From assembly GCA_050261115.1 (NCBI GenBank), contig JBLNCY010000003.1, forward strand, positions 19,673-83,672: a stretch of 64,000 bases of DNA. The letters are read 5' to 3'. The translations under genes were made by a program, and so were the position numbers. Shown piece by piece: positions 1 to 8,641 of this stretch (its first letter is position 1; each line of letters begins with the position of its first letter). Below the pieces are notes generated by a model. The model was not told the DNA's origin and made no database searches. It was given only the letters and a program-made list of their open reading frames with translations. This DNA comes from Methanocella sp. (GTDB lineage: Archaea; Thermoproteota; Bathyarchaeia; Bathyarchaeales; Bathycorpusculaceae).

Positions 1-243
1 GCCGACGATGCCGATGTAGATAGCGGCAACCAGGACCGCGGAATAGTACAGTATCATGCTGACTGAAGCTTCGATGTTTATGATTGGAACGTTGAAGCCA
101 AGCGGGATACCTTCAAAAAACAGATCCATAATGCCTGCGGCAATTATGGTGGCTACTAGCCAGACGGCGAATGCTACGAGTACTTTTCGGTTTTCTTTTT
201 CTTCGCCTATTGTTAAGTGCTCGGTTTTAGTGTCCATAGACAT
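1..243 (-). CDS. N-terminal part of a membrane protein running off the window edge (possibly a heavy-metal P-type ATPase)
   Basis: Hand translation from ATG at 243 gives MSMDTKTEHLTIGEEKENRKVLVAFAVWLVATIIAAGIMDLFF...ILYYSAVLVAAIYIGIVG, open to position 1, with two hydrophobic segments. The family guess is weak. Confidence 0.6.
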   Translation of the reverse strand, partial: MSMDTKTEHLTIGEEKENRKVLVAFAVWLVATIIAAGIMDLFFEGIPLGFNVPIINIEASVSMILYYSAVLVAAIYIGIVG

Positions 244-747
244 TATTGTTGGCCTCAATTTTCATTGACGCTGGCGAGTTGGTGGTTGGTTGCTACTTAA
301 AAATATAGTTAACTATGAGAAGTAACCTGTTTTACGAATAAAAACGTGCTGGTGATCCGTGCGGCTTGGGGGTTTGGGGTGGTGTTTGTTTGTCGAGCGA
401 GTCGGCTATCTGTGCAGAAAATTTGGGTTGTTGGCTATTTTTTTTGCGTGTTTATTGGTTTGGGTGAGTTCTGCGGCTCTTTTCTTGTAGATGGATATGT
501 CGTATTCGAAGAGGTGTGTTTTTCCACACTGCCATTTTACTTCAGAGTCGAACTTGCAATTCTTTTTTTAAAAAATACTTTCGACAACAATAGCGTTTCA
601 ACATACAATTGGACACACAAAAAGTTAAAAACCAATCAACAACTAAGACACATGCACACCAGCATGATCACCTACCCACCTAGACAAAGCCAAAAAGGTT
701 CACCCCTAGTGAAACGTTAATAAGGTCTGCATCCGCACTTACCCTTC

Positions 748-1224
748 ATGCCCAAACCAAAACCCAGCGCCAAACCCAAACGTAACCGTAGCGGCAAACC
801 CCAACCTCCACAGCGCTCAATAACCGCAACAAAAACCTACTGGGTAGCTTTGGCTGCTATGTTTGCAGTGGTGTCCGCGGTTTTCGGGGTAACAATGGGG
901 TTAGGCGTCACTCAATCAGTTGTTCTGGTAGTTACGGTGGTTTTGTTGATTGGTGTAATCGGGTTTATCCGCACCACACCCTCAGACCTCTCGTTAAGTA
1001 AACGTGCGACTTTCATTTTTGCCGGCGCCTCGATCATCGGCTTTTGCATCTGGGTTGCTGTCATTTTCTCTGGCCTTATAACGCCGCTGGCGCAGGAGAA
1101 CGGGGAAGTTTTTGTTGCCATCACCAGTTTTACCATATGCCTAACGGTTGGCGCCTTTATCGGGGAATTGCTTGGACGTAGCAAGAAAATTCAAGATCAC
1201 CTCTTTTTGGGCATGAAAAATTAG
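748..1224 (+). CDS. Hypothetical four-TM membrane protein with basic N-terminus
   Basis: 158-aa ORF: Lys/Pro-rich N-terminus followed by four hydrophobic helices. Confidence 0.75.
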   Translation: MPKPKPSAKPKRNRSGKPQPPQRSITATKTYWVALAAMFAVVSAVFGVTMGLGVTQSVVLVVTVVLLIGVIGFIRTTPSDLSLSKRATFIFAGASIIGFCIWVAVIFSGLITPLAQENGEVFVAITSFTICLTVGAFIGELLGRSKKIQDHLFLGMKN

Positions 1225-1322
1225 CCCCCTGCCGCATTTTATCTAACTGGTTTTTTCATCAGAAGATTTAAGAGTACAAACCCTCGCATCTTTCTAACGA
1301 ACCATTCAGGACCGACCACCGC

Positions 1323-2201
1323 ATGAAATTCGGCATCATGACCCGCAACCCAGACGCCTGGAGCAGCACCCAAGTGCGAGAAGCGCTCACCCAACGGGGC
1401 ATACCTTATGAATGTTTTACTTTTCCCCGCCTAGTCGCCCGCTTAGCCTATAAGCCCTACTTTAAAGTTAACAACACAGACATACTCCAAGACCTCGACG
1501 CCTTGATTATCCGCCCCATCGGCAGGGGCAGCCTTGAGGAGCTCGTGTTCCGCATGGACATGCTCTATAAGCTTGAACGCAAAGGCTTCTACATGGTCAA
1601 CCCCCCCACGGCAATAGAGCACTGCGTCGACAAGTATGACATTCTTTCCTTGCTTGAAGACTGCGGGGTTCCCGTCCCCAGAACCCTCGCCACCGAGAGC
1701 GTGAATGAGGCGCTTAAGGCCTTTAATGAACTCGGCGGGGACGTGGTTGTTAAACCCATCTTTGGCAGCCGAGGCCAAGGCGCAACCCGCGTCAACGACA
1801 TCGACGTCGCAGACACCATCTTTAAAGCCATCACATTCCACCACGGCGTAATCTACATGCAAGAATTCGTCGAACATGGCTTTAGTGACATACGCGCGTT
1901 CGTCTTAGGCGACCAAGTAATCGCGTCAATGCGCAGAGTCGCCACTGGCTGGAAAACTAACTACAGCCGAGGCGCACGCCCCGCACCCGAAGAAATCAGC
2001 GGCAACTACAAAGAACTAGCCATCAAAGCAGCCAAAGCGGTCGGATGCAAAGTTGCAGGCGTGGACATTCTTGAAGGCCCATCGGGACCCTGCATCGTTG
2101 ACGTAAACAGTCAACCAGGCTGGAAGGGTCTGCAGCAAGTCACCAAGGTAAATATAGGCGACGAAATCGTCAAGTTTGTCATAAAAGAAATAAAAAAGTA
2201 A
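1323..2201 (+). CDS. RimK-family ATP-grasp alpha-L-glutamate ligase (MptN/CofF-like)
   Basis: Motifs DKY, VPxT, VVKPIFGSRGQG, YMQEFV, DIRAFV, WKTN, GVDIL and DVNSQPGW. Confidence 0.9.
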   Translation: MKFGIMTRNPDAWSSTQVREALTQRGIPYECFTFPRLVARLAYKPYFKVNNTDILQDLDALIIRPIGRGSLEELVFRMDMLYKLERKGFYMVNPPTAIEHCVDKYDILSLLEDCGVPVPRTLATESVNEALKAFNELGGDVVVKPIFGSRGQGATRVNDIDVADTIFKAITFHHGVIYMQEFVEHGFSDIRAFVLGDQVIASMRRVATGWKTNYSRGARPAPEEISGNYKELAIKAAKAVGCKVAGVDILEGPSGPCIVDVNSQPGWKGLQQVTKVNIGDEIVKFVIKEIKK

Positions 2202-2215
2202 ATACCTACTTTTCC

Positions 2216-2782
2216 TTATTTGTAAATGTCAAGTAGGTTACTTTTCTGTAGCACAAGTATTAAAGCTGCACATATCGCAACTGCCGGAATTAGGTATGTT
2301 GCGTTGTAGGTCGCTGAGTACAAAACAGGGTTCATTCCCGCTGGTGCATACATCCCGAAATATATGGCGCCTGAGGTAGTGGAGCATAAGAATCGTGCTG
2401 CTCCACCCACTGCGACACCGATAACAGGTCCAGCGACTGTTAGGTGCCGGAAGAATCCAGCTAACCCTAGACACGCAAACGCCAAGGGGTAGTCAAGGAG
2501 GAACTGGACTGGGTGCACGATAGTAGACGGGGTGACCGCGAGGTCAACGACGCCAAAGACTGCGCCGGCGAATATGCCGATTTTCGGTCCACGTCGAAGC
2601 GCCAGCCAAAAGATAGGCAGCATTCCAAGGTTGATTGAGCCGCCCTGTGGCAAGGCAAAGAACGAGTGGCTTACAAGCGATAATGCGCCTGCCAAGGCAA
2701 CAAAAATTATTATTTCCGCAAGGATTTTGGTTTGGAATATTGGTTTGTAAGGTTCAGACGGTTGATTGGTTTCTCTTTGCAT
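2216..2782 (-). CDS. thiT: Energy-coupled thiamine transporter S-component ThiT
   Basis: PQGGS, ALRRG, HPVQFLLDYP and YSATYNATY motifs; TPP aptamer directly upstream. Confidence 0.9.
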   Translation of the reverse strand: MQRETNQPSEPYKPIFQTKILAEIIIFVALAGALSLVSHSFFALPQGGSINLGMLPIFWLALRRGPKIGIFAGAVFGVVDLAVTPSTIVHPVQFLLDYPLAFACLGLAGFFRHLTVAGPVIGVAVGGAARFLCSTTSGAIYFGMYAPAGMNPVLYSATYNATYLIPAVAICAALILVLQKSNLLDIYK

Positions 2783-2880
2783 TCATGTTTCCCTCCGCCA
2801 GTATTACCTGGTTCAGGTTCACAGGGTCGACAGAAGCTACTGTCCTCTCAGCCGGCTCATTTACCAGCTCCCCAAGAACT
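2781..2880 (-). ncRNA. TPP (THI-box) riboswitch
   Basis: Minus strand reads GGGGAGC...GGCTGAGAG...GACCCTGTGAACCTGAACCAGGTAATACTGGCGGAGGGAA, matching the TPP consensus (CUGAGA, ACCC, GAACCUGA, UAAU, GCG-AGGGA). It lies upstream of thiT. Confidence 0.92.
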
Positions 2881-2904
2881 GCTCCAAAATAAGTCATATA
2901 GCTG

Positions 2905-2919
2905 CATATAGCCTTTTCC
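2905..2919 (-). promoter_or_regulatory. Putative BRE/TATA promoter for the riboswitch-thiT transcript
   Basis: GGAAAAGGCTATATG on the minus strand about 25-30 nt before the aptamer 5' end. Confidence 0.35.
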
Positions 2920-3094
2920 ACGTTTCCACAAACCAGAACAGCTCCAAAGAACACTACACATAAAGCAATACTTAGCGTTCAGTAGCGCATCTGATAGTAA
3001 AAGAGTTGAGGGTTTTGCTTTCTGGGCCACAACGCTTTCTTGAGCAAGAATTATAACCTTAAGCTACCCATTGTCTATGAAGGATGCTAATTGT

Positions 3095-3760
3095 ATGGAA
3101 AAGAGCTTTGACTGGTTTATAAAGCGCCGCAAAACCAAAGGCTTAGATACTGCTCATGAAGAGATCACTCGGGCATTTGATACGGTAACTTTGCTGCATA
3201 AAGCTACCCAGAGCTTCGCGAAAGGAAACAAAACCGACACAAAAAAGCACATAGAAAACCTCTACGCAACTGAAGCAGGCGTAGACAAACTCCGCACCCA
3301 AGTATTTATGGAACTCTCAACCGGCACAGCGCTACTGGCTGATTACCGCGAAGACCTTTTGCACCTAGTTAAACGCGCCGATATGCTAGCAGATCACACT
3401 AAAGATGTGGCGCGCTGCATAGAAATGCTCCTAGAGGTAGACATGCCCGAAGAGTTGTCTGGAAAAGCCGCGTCGATGACCAACAAACTGGTTGATATGG
3501 TTAATGTGCTGCGCAGTAGTGTAGAAAAGATTTCCGCAAACCCTGCACAGGCAATCAAGGAAGCAAAGCGGGTTGAGGATATCGAGCACACCATAGATGA
3601 GGAGTACCTCGAAACTAAGGGGTTATTTGTCAAGTATGGCGCTAACGTGAATAAGGGGGCGATCATTATTTTTGATGACTTGGTGGAATTCTTGGAGAAT
3701 GCTGCGGACATGTGCGCGGACACTGCTGACTACATATATGTGCTCTCAAGCAGAGAGTAA
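3095..3760 (+). CDS. DUF47 / PhoU-like phosphate transport regulator
   Basis: All-helical protein with E-x-x-x-D, REDLLHL..ADMLAD and LENAADMCADTAD repeats. Alternative start at 3071. Confidence 0.85.
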   Translation: MEKSFDWFIKRRKTKGLDTAHEEITRAFDTVTLLHKATQSFAKGNKTDTKKHIENLYATEAGVDKLRTQVFMELSTGTALLADYREDLLHLVKRADMLADHTKDVARCIEMLLEVDMPEELSGKAASMTNKLVDMVNVLRSSVEKISANPAQAIKEAKRVEDIEHTIDEEYLETKGLFVKYGANVNKGAIIIFDDLVEFLENAADMCADTADYIYVLSSRE

Positions 3761-3987
3761 CCCGCCTCCTTTTACCTTTCAAGATATGGATATGGCAGCA
3801 GAGAACCAACCGATTTATAAGTTGAAAGAAGACCGCCGCAGCCTAAGTTGAATTTTCCCAATATAAGGAACCGCCTAAACAGATAGGCGTATTTTCTAAC
3901 AGAAACAGATGCTTAACTAACACCAAACTCAATCTTCAACCGCACAAGAATCGTCTCAAAAAACTATCGAACGCTCCGATGTGCCGG

Positions 3988-4045
3988 GCTGTTGCATGCG
4001 GCCGTTGAGTCTATATATGAGGGGGGTCCCTGTGAGAGCAACAGC
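3988..4045 (+). repeat. Dispersed intergenic repeat, copy 1
   Basis: GAGTCTATATATGAGGGGGGTCCCTGTGAGAGCAACAGC, bounded by a perfect 8-bp inverted repeat GCTGTTGC (3988-3995) / GCAACAGC (4038-4045). Confidence 0.7.
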
Positions 4046-4221
4046 AACTTACCCATCACCCACAAGGATACACCCAAAACCTCCTAAAAACACAAGCAGA
4101 CTTTTTTGCTGGTGACAATATGAGTTTTTGTATAAGCAATGAGCCAATAATGTAAGCGTTAATTGAAGGAGGTTTAGCCTAAAGGCTACTTTTTAAAATA
4201 AAGTAGAGAGTGTGTGACTCT

Positions 4222-4446
4222 CTAGTAGGGGTCTTTTTTGCTTGTTAGGTACGCCCAGGCGCTGACTAGTGCAACGGTTAGGCATGCGCCCGCGACGCCG
4301 CTGATCAGGTAGGTAGTTACGCTGCCAAGAAGTGGGAGCACGCTTACTAGCCATGGGATGAGGAATGTTGCACATAGCTGTGCGATGATGCCCGCGACGA
4401 AGCCTAAGAGGGCGATTAGTCCGAATACTTTTAGTTTACTGGCCAT
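4222..4446 (-). CDS. Small two-TM membrane protein, divergent from the cdv operon
   Basis: MASKLKVFGLIALLGFVAG...AYLTSKKDPY; AGGTGA Shine-Dalgarno before ATG 4446. Confidence 0.75.
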   Translation of the reverse strand: MASKLKVFGLIALLGFVAGIIAQLCATFLIPWLVSVLPLLGSVTTYLISGVAGACLTVALVSAWAYLTSKKDPY

Positions 4447-4674
4447 AATATTCACCTTTTGAATCAAAGTAGCCCAGCGGTTCTTTTTAGTGTAACTTAC
4501 ACAAACATGTCTAAAACAGTAATATACGCATCCATCTTTAACATATCTAGTAGTTCTGTAAAGCGCAAAAACCCTCTATGTATATCTGTACATATATACG
4601 TACATATTGCAGCCATATTAACAACGTATAACTCACTTCCCACCACTCTACCAGTCAATAGAGGTAATAATAAC

Positions 4675-5334
4675 ATGTCAGAAAGATTCGCCAAAAAGTG
4701 GGAAGCAAAACGGGACGAACAAGCCTTTGGGGACAGAATTAAAGAAGCAGTAAACCCCCCAGGACCACTCAAACCAAGACTCGATTTTGCAGTCCGCCGT
4801 ATCGAACTCCAAGTCCAAAAACTAGACCAAGCAAACGAGAGATTTAGCCAAAGAGACAAAGCGATCTTTGCTCGTATCGTAGACGCCTACACAAAACACG
4901 ACAGCGCACGTGCAAACGTATTCGCAAACGAGTTGGCCGAAGTTCGTAAAATGAGCAAACTCATCATGAACGCCAAACTCGCACTTGAACAAATCACACT
5001 TAGATTACGCACCGTATCCGAATTAGGTGATGTTGTCTCAACCCTTGGTCCAGCAGTCGGCGTACTAAGAAGCGTCCGATCTGGTCTAGTCAGCGTGTTC
5101 CCAGAAGCCGAAAATGAACTCGGTGAAATCGGCAACATGTTAAGCGGCATCATGATCGAAGCAGGCCAAGGCAGTGGCATGACACTAAACTTCGACACAG
5201 TAAACGAAGACGCATCAAAGATTCTAGCCGAAGCAGCAACCGTCGCAGAACAGAAAATCAAAGACAAATTCCCCGACCTACCACCCAGCATGCCATCCTC
5301 TCTTGCTTCCACAGCAGAGAAACAGACCTATTAA
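4675..5334 (+). CDS. ESCRT-III/Snf7 protein (CdvB1/2-like paralogue)
   Basis: Snf7 core (ARANVFANELAEVRK, LEQITLRLRTVSELGD), C-terminal MIM2-like KFPDLPP, no winged helix. GAGGT SD before ATG 4675. Confidence 0.9.
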   Translation: MSERFAKKWEAKRDEQAFGDRIKEAVNPPGPLKPRLDFAVRRIELQVQKLDQANERFSQRDKAIFARIVDAYTKHDSARANVFANELAEVRKMSKLIMNAKLALEQITLRLRTVSELGDVVSTLGPAVGVLRSVRSGLVSVFPEAENELGEIGNMLSGIMIEAGQGSGMTLNFDTVNEDASKILAEAATVAEQKIKDKFPDLPPSMPSSLASTAEKQTY

Positions 5335-5357
5335 GAGTGGAGGAATAGAACACAAAA

Positions 5358-6098
5358 ATGTCTAACTCCAACCTCTTTCTTTCTATCGGTAAACCAATCA
5401 AGAACGAGTACGGCAGAGTAATCGGCAAAGTCGCATCGTTTGCCCTCTCCCCAAACGGTAAATTCGACGCGGTATACGTTGAATTCGGCGACGGCCAATT
5501 CTCCAAACAGCCCATGGAAAGCCTACGGTTCAATGGCGCTGAAATCACATTCGTCTCAAAAATCAAATCCCAAGCCAGCACCCTTTGCGATCACATCCCA
5601 CTCATCTGGCGCAAAGACGAAGCCCTAAAAGACCTGGTTGAAAAGAAGAAAATCACCCCCGAAGTCTACCAGGACCTCCACGCCAGCTTCGAAAACGTAC
5701 TAACACAACTCAAAAAAGAGGCCCAAGTAATCATCGACGAATCCGCAATCGAAATAGAACGATGCCAAGAAGAAATAACCTCACTAAGTTACGCGATCGC
5801 TAACCTAGAAATCGAGCATGAAATCGGCAAAGTTGACGACGAAAACTACAAGATCGCATTTGCCTTACTGCAAGAGACCCTGCGCCGTGCGACCGCTGAG
5901 AAAACAGACTTTGAATTAACCAAAAGCAGACTAAGCAGCGTACTATTAGGTGAACAAACTGCATCACAAAACGCAGCAGCAGCCGCCGCATTAGCTCCGA
6001 AAACTAACAAAATCTACGCTGAAACAGTCAACAACACCGTCACTAAGCTACCTGAGCCTCCAGTCGTCGTCTACGTAAAAGACAAACCAACCCTCTAG
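5358..6098 (+). CDS. cdvA: Cell division protein CdvA
   Basis: N-terminal PRC barrel (IGKPIKNEYGRVIGKV), coiled-coil with LEIEHEIG, and a C-terminal beta-strand PPVVVYV resembling the ESCRT-III-binding peptide. Operon context agrees. Confidence 0.85.
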   Translation: MSNSNLFLSIGKPIKNEYGRVIGKVASFALSPNGKFDAVYVEFGDGQFSKQPMESLRFNGAEITFVSKIKSQASTLCDHIPLIWRKDEALKDLVEKKKITPEVYQDLHASFENVLTQLKKEAQVIIDESAIEIERCQEEITSLSYAIANLEIEHEIGKVDDENYKIAFALLQETLRRATAEKTDFELTKSRLSSVLLGEQTASQNAAAAAALAPKTNKIYAETVNNTVTKLPEPPVVVYVKDKPTL

Positions 6099-6137
6099 AC
6101 GGAAACATCACGAAAGGTGGAGTAAGGGGAAAAATCG

Positions 6138-7034
6138 ATGGGCTTTATGAACCAAAACCCTCCCCCTATTCGTGAAGTAGCCACAAAATCTATTTCTACC
6201 CTAAAAGTCCAGCAGGGCAAGCTGGAACAGGCGAGTTACCGCTTAAAAGAACGTGACCGCATACTTTTTGAAACTTGCATGAGCGCGTTAAAGCGGAACA
6301 ACAAGGAAAAAGCCGCGATTTGCGCCACAGAAATCGCGGAGGTCCGCAAGTTAATCAGCTTCATCGGTAACGTGCATTTAGCTATTGAACGCGTTGTCAT
6401 GCGTCTTGAAACCATACGGGAACTCGGTGACATAGTTACTGACCTTAAGCCCGCTTTAACTTTACTTCAGGGCGTTTCTGCTCAATTATTCCAGGTGCTG
6501 CCGGATGTCAGCACTGAATTAAATAACGTTAACACAACAATCCAGGAAACCCTCCAACAGACAAAACTCACCACAGACGAAAACATTGTTGGAGTCGGCC
6601 GTAAGACCGAAGCCGGTGAGGAAATCCTAAAAGAAGTATCCTGCTTCATGGAGAAAAAACTCTCCGAAACCCTGCCTGAGCCGCCAGTGTCGGCTCCGGT
6701 GAAGGAAAAGGCACCTGCTCCGCCGATTCGTGAGCTTGTGGCTTTGACTGCAAGTTCTAGTCAAGTGTTTGGGCAGAAGTCACATGAGGAATCAGGGTTT
6801 GACCCACAGAAGACCCTGTTTTCATACAAGAAATCTGAGATTAAAGAGTTCACTGTTAAGGTTGAGAAGCCTGCGCCCAACCTCGAAGAGGTGCTGTTGG
6901 AGTATGTACGCAAGAGTAATGGCGAAATTGACTTGACCAAGTGCTCAAGTGAACTCCAAGCCTCTAATGAAGCCATAGAGAGAGCTTTGGAGAATTTGGG
7001 GTCGCAGGGAAAAATCAAGATTGAAGTACGGTAG
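6138..7034 (+). CDS. cdvB: Cell division protein CdvB (ESCRT-III with C-terminal winged helix)
   Basis: Snf7 core (EIAEVRK, RLETIRELGD), MIM2-like LPEPP, C-terminal wH (LLEYVRKSNGEIDL...ALENLGSQGKIKI). Confidence 0.88.
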   Translation: MGFMNQNPPPIREVATKSISTLKVQQGKLEQASYRLKERDRILFETCMSALKRNNKEKAAICATEIAEVRKLISFIGNVHLAIERVVMRLETIRELGDIVTDLKPALTLLQGVSAQLFQVLPDVSTELNNVNTTIQETLQQTKLTTDENIVGVGRKTEAGEEILKEVSCFMEKKLSETLPEPPVSAPVKEKAPAPPIRELVALTASSSQVFGQKSHEESGFDPQKTLFSYKKSEIKEFTVKVEKPAPNLEEVLLEYVRKSNGEIDLTKCSSELQASNEAIERALENLGSQGKIKIEVR

Positions 7035-7068
7035 CTGAAATAAGCCAGAGAGAGGAAAGAAATAACCT

Positions 7069-8259
7069 ATGAGTGCATCAAATGAGTTAGAAAAAGCGGC
7101 AACAGCCTATGCGCTGGATGCAGTTCGACTAGATAAGCAGGGACAAAAAGGCAGAGCCATAACGCTTTACCAGAAAGCCATTGAGAGCTTGCTGCAGCTG
7201 GTTCAGCTTTACCCGGAGTACGGTTTAAACAAGGTTTACGTTCAGCGAGCAATTGCCTATCAGGAACGCATCAAAGTTCTGCAGGGTGCCGTGTCATCGT
7301 CTGAGATGAATCAGGCGGCGTCTGAGGATGCCGGCGGCGGAGGCGGAGGAGCAACCATGGAAGGAGGCCCAAGCTTAAACGTGAAATCAAATGATGAGGA
7401 ACTTGTAGTTACCGAGAAACCTAAAGTAAACTGGAACGAAGTGGTCGGCTTAGAGGTAGCCAAGAAAGCCGTTAAGGAAGCCATCGTTTACCCAGTGCAG
7501 CGTCCTGATTTGTTCCCTCTTGGTTGGCCACGCGGCATTTTACTGTTTGGTCCTCCGGGTTGCGGTAAGACACTGTTGGCTGCGGCGGTTGCAACTGAGA
7601 TTGATGCCAACTTTTACTCGATTGATGCAGCGTCGATTATGTCTAAGTGGCTTGGAGAGGCTGAGCAGAATGTTGCTAAACTTTTTGGTTCAGCCCGTAA
7701 ATCCGCAAGCGAGGGTAAGCCCGCTATCGTCTTTGTGGATGAGTTGGATTCTTTGATGGGTAATCACAGTAACGAGGTCGGCGGTGAAATCCGCGTGAAG
7801 AACCAGTTCCTAAAAGAGATGGATGGCATCGTCGATAAGGGTAAGGCGCTGCATGTATACGTGATTGGGGCAACTAACAAGCCTTGGGATCTTGACTGGG
7901 CGTTTATCCGACGTTTCCAGAAGCGTATCTTAGTTCCGCTTGCTGATCACGCGACGAGACTAAACATGCTTAAGCACTATACTGAGACGCTTCAAGTCGC
8001 CAACGACGTTGATCTGCATGAGTTAGCGCGGTTATCCGAGGGCTTTAGCGGCAGCGACATTCGTGATGTTTGTCAGTCTGCGCAGCTTAGCTTGATTGGC
8101 GAATTCTTTGAGTCAGGCAAAGCCGCAGACAGAGAAGCAAAGCCTCGCCCGTTAACTATGGCTGACTTCCGTCAGATACTAGAAGAACGCAAACCATCCG
8201 TATCGCTGGAAATGCTAACAAGCTACAACCGCTGGTTTGAAGCGTTCAAAGCACTATAA
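7069..8259 (+). CDS. cdvC: Vps4-family AAA ATPase CdvC
   Basis: N-terminal MIT domain (AVRLDKQG...Y), Walker A GPPGCGKT, SKWLGE pore loop, Walker B FVDE, ATNKPWDLD..RRF. Confidence 0.95.
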   Translation: MSASNELEKAATAYALDAVRLDKQGQKGRAITLYQKAIESLLQLVQLYPEYGLNKVYVQRAIAYQERIKVLQGAVSSSEMNQAASEDAGGGGGGATMEGGPSLNVKSNDEELVVTEKPKVNWNEVVGLEVAKKAVKEAIVYPVQRPDLFPLGWPRGILLFGPPGCGKTLLAAAVATEIDANFYSIDAASIMSKWLGEAEQNVAKLFGSARKSASEGKPAIVFVDELDSLMGNHSNEVGGEIRVKNQFLKEMDGIVDKGKALHVYVIGATNKPWDLDWAFIRRFQKRILVPLADHATRLNMLKHYTETLQVANDVDLHELARLSEGFSGSDIRDVCQSAQLSLIGEFFESGKAADREAKPRPLTMADFRQILEERKPSVSLEMLTSYNRWFEAFKAL

Positions 8260-8268
8260 TGGAGGGCA

Positions 8269-8402
8269 CACAGGAAAAAGCACGCTGGGTTGGGTGGAAA
8301 GGTCCGGAGAGCAAGATAATTTTTAGCTCGCTCTCCCTTCTCCCCCTCAAACTATCTCCGGACCCCACATACCCCCGAACCGACCCAGCCACTGCTTCTG
8401 TG
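8269..8402. other. Long imperfect hairpin (candidate structured RNA or terminator element)
   Basis: Nested stems 8269-73/8398-402, 8278-82/8393-97, 8284-93/8380-89, 8294-97/8365-68 and a perfect 10-bp stem 8301-10/8355-64. Confidence 0.65.
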
Positions 8403-8412
8403 AACTTTTTGT

Positions 8413-8448
8413 CTGTTGCTTTGCTGACCTACCATCTCCCTTATATAT
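8413..8448 (-). repeat. Dispersed intergenic repeat, copy 2
   Basis: Minus strand ATATATAAGGGAGATGGTAGGTCAGCAAAGCAACAG. Confidence 0.7.
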
Positions 8449-8641
8449 GCTGAGAAGGGTAGCTGCCAGTACAGGGATCTTTTGGACAGAACTTAACTGG
8501 TGGCGGAACAGAGGCAACGTTTGGAACACGGCATTTCTACTAGGCCGCAGATAGAAAAATAGCGCAAAATATTTACCGTTTCCGCGCTCTAGCGACCTTT
8601 ATAATAACAAGAAAAGAAGGGATTGTTCTTATTCCTACCCT

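Noticed and set aside
56-720. Plus-strand ORFs 56..268 and 346..720
   Set aside because: The first is antisense to a better minus-strand membrane ORF. The second runs through low-complexity GT/AC-skewed intergenic DNA and has no protein-like features.
3864-3874. TAAGGAACCGC, also present at ~57720, both near repeat copies
   Set aside because: Only 11 bp, with inconsistent orientation and distance relative to the repeat.
4459-4674. N-terminal extension of the first Snf7 ORF
   Set aside because: AT-rich promoter-like DNA; an SD plus ATG at 4675 gives a typical ESCRT-III start.
8259-8453. 64-aa ORF coupled to the cdvC stop codon
   Set aside because: It spans the hairpin and the repeat and has no recognisable motif. 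Better explained as non-coding, though not excluded.
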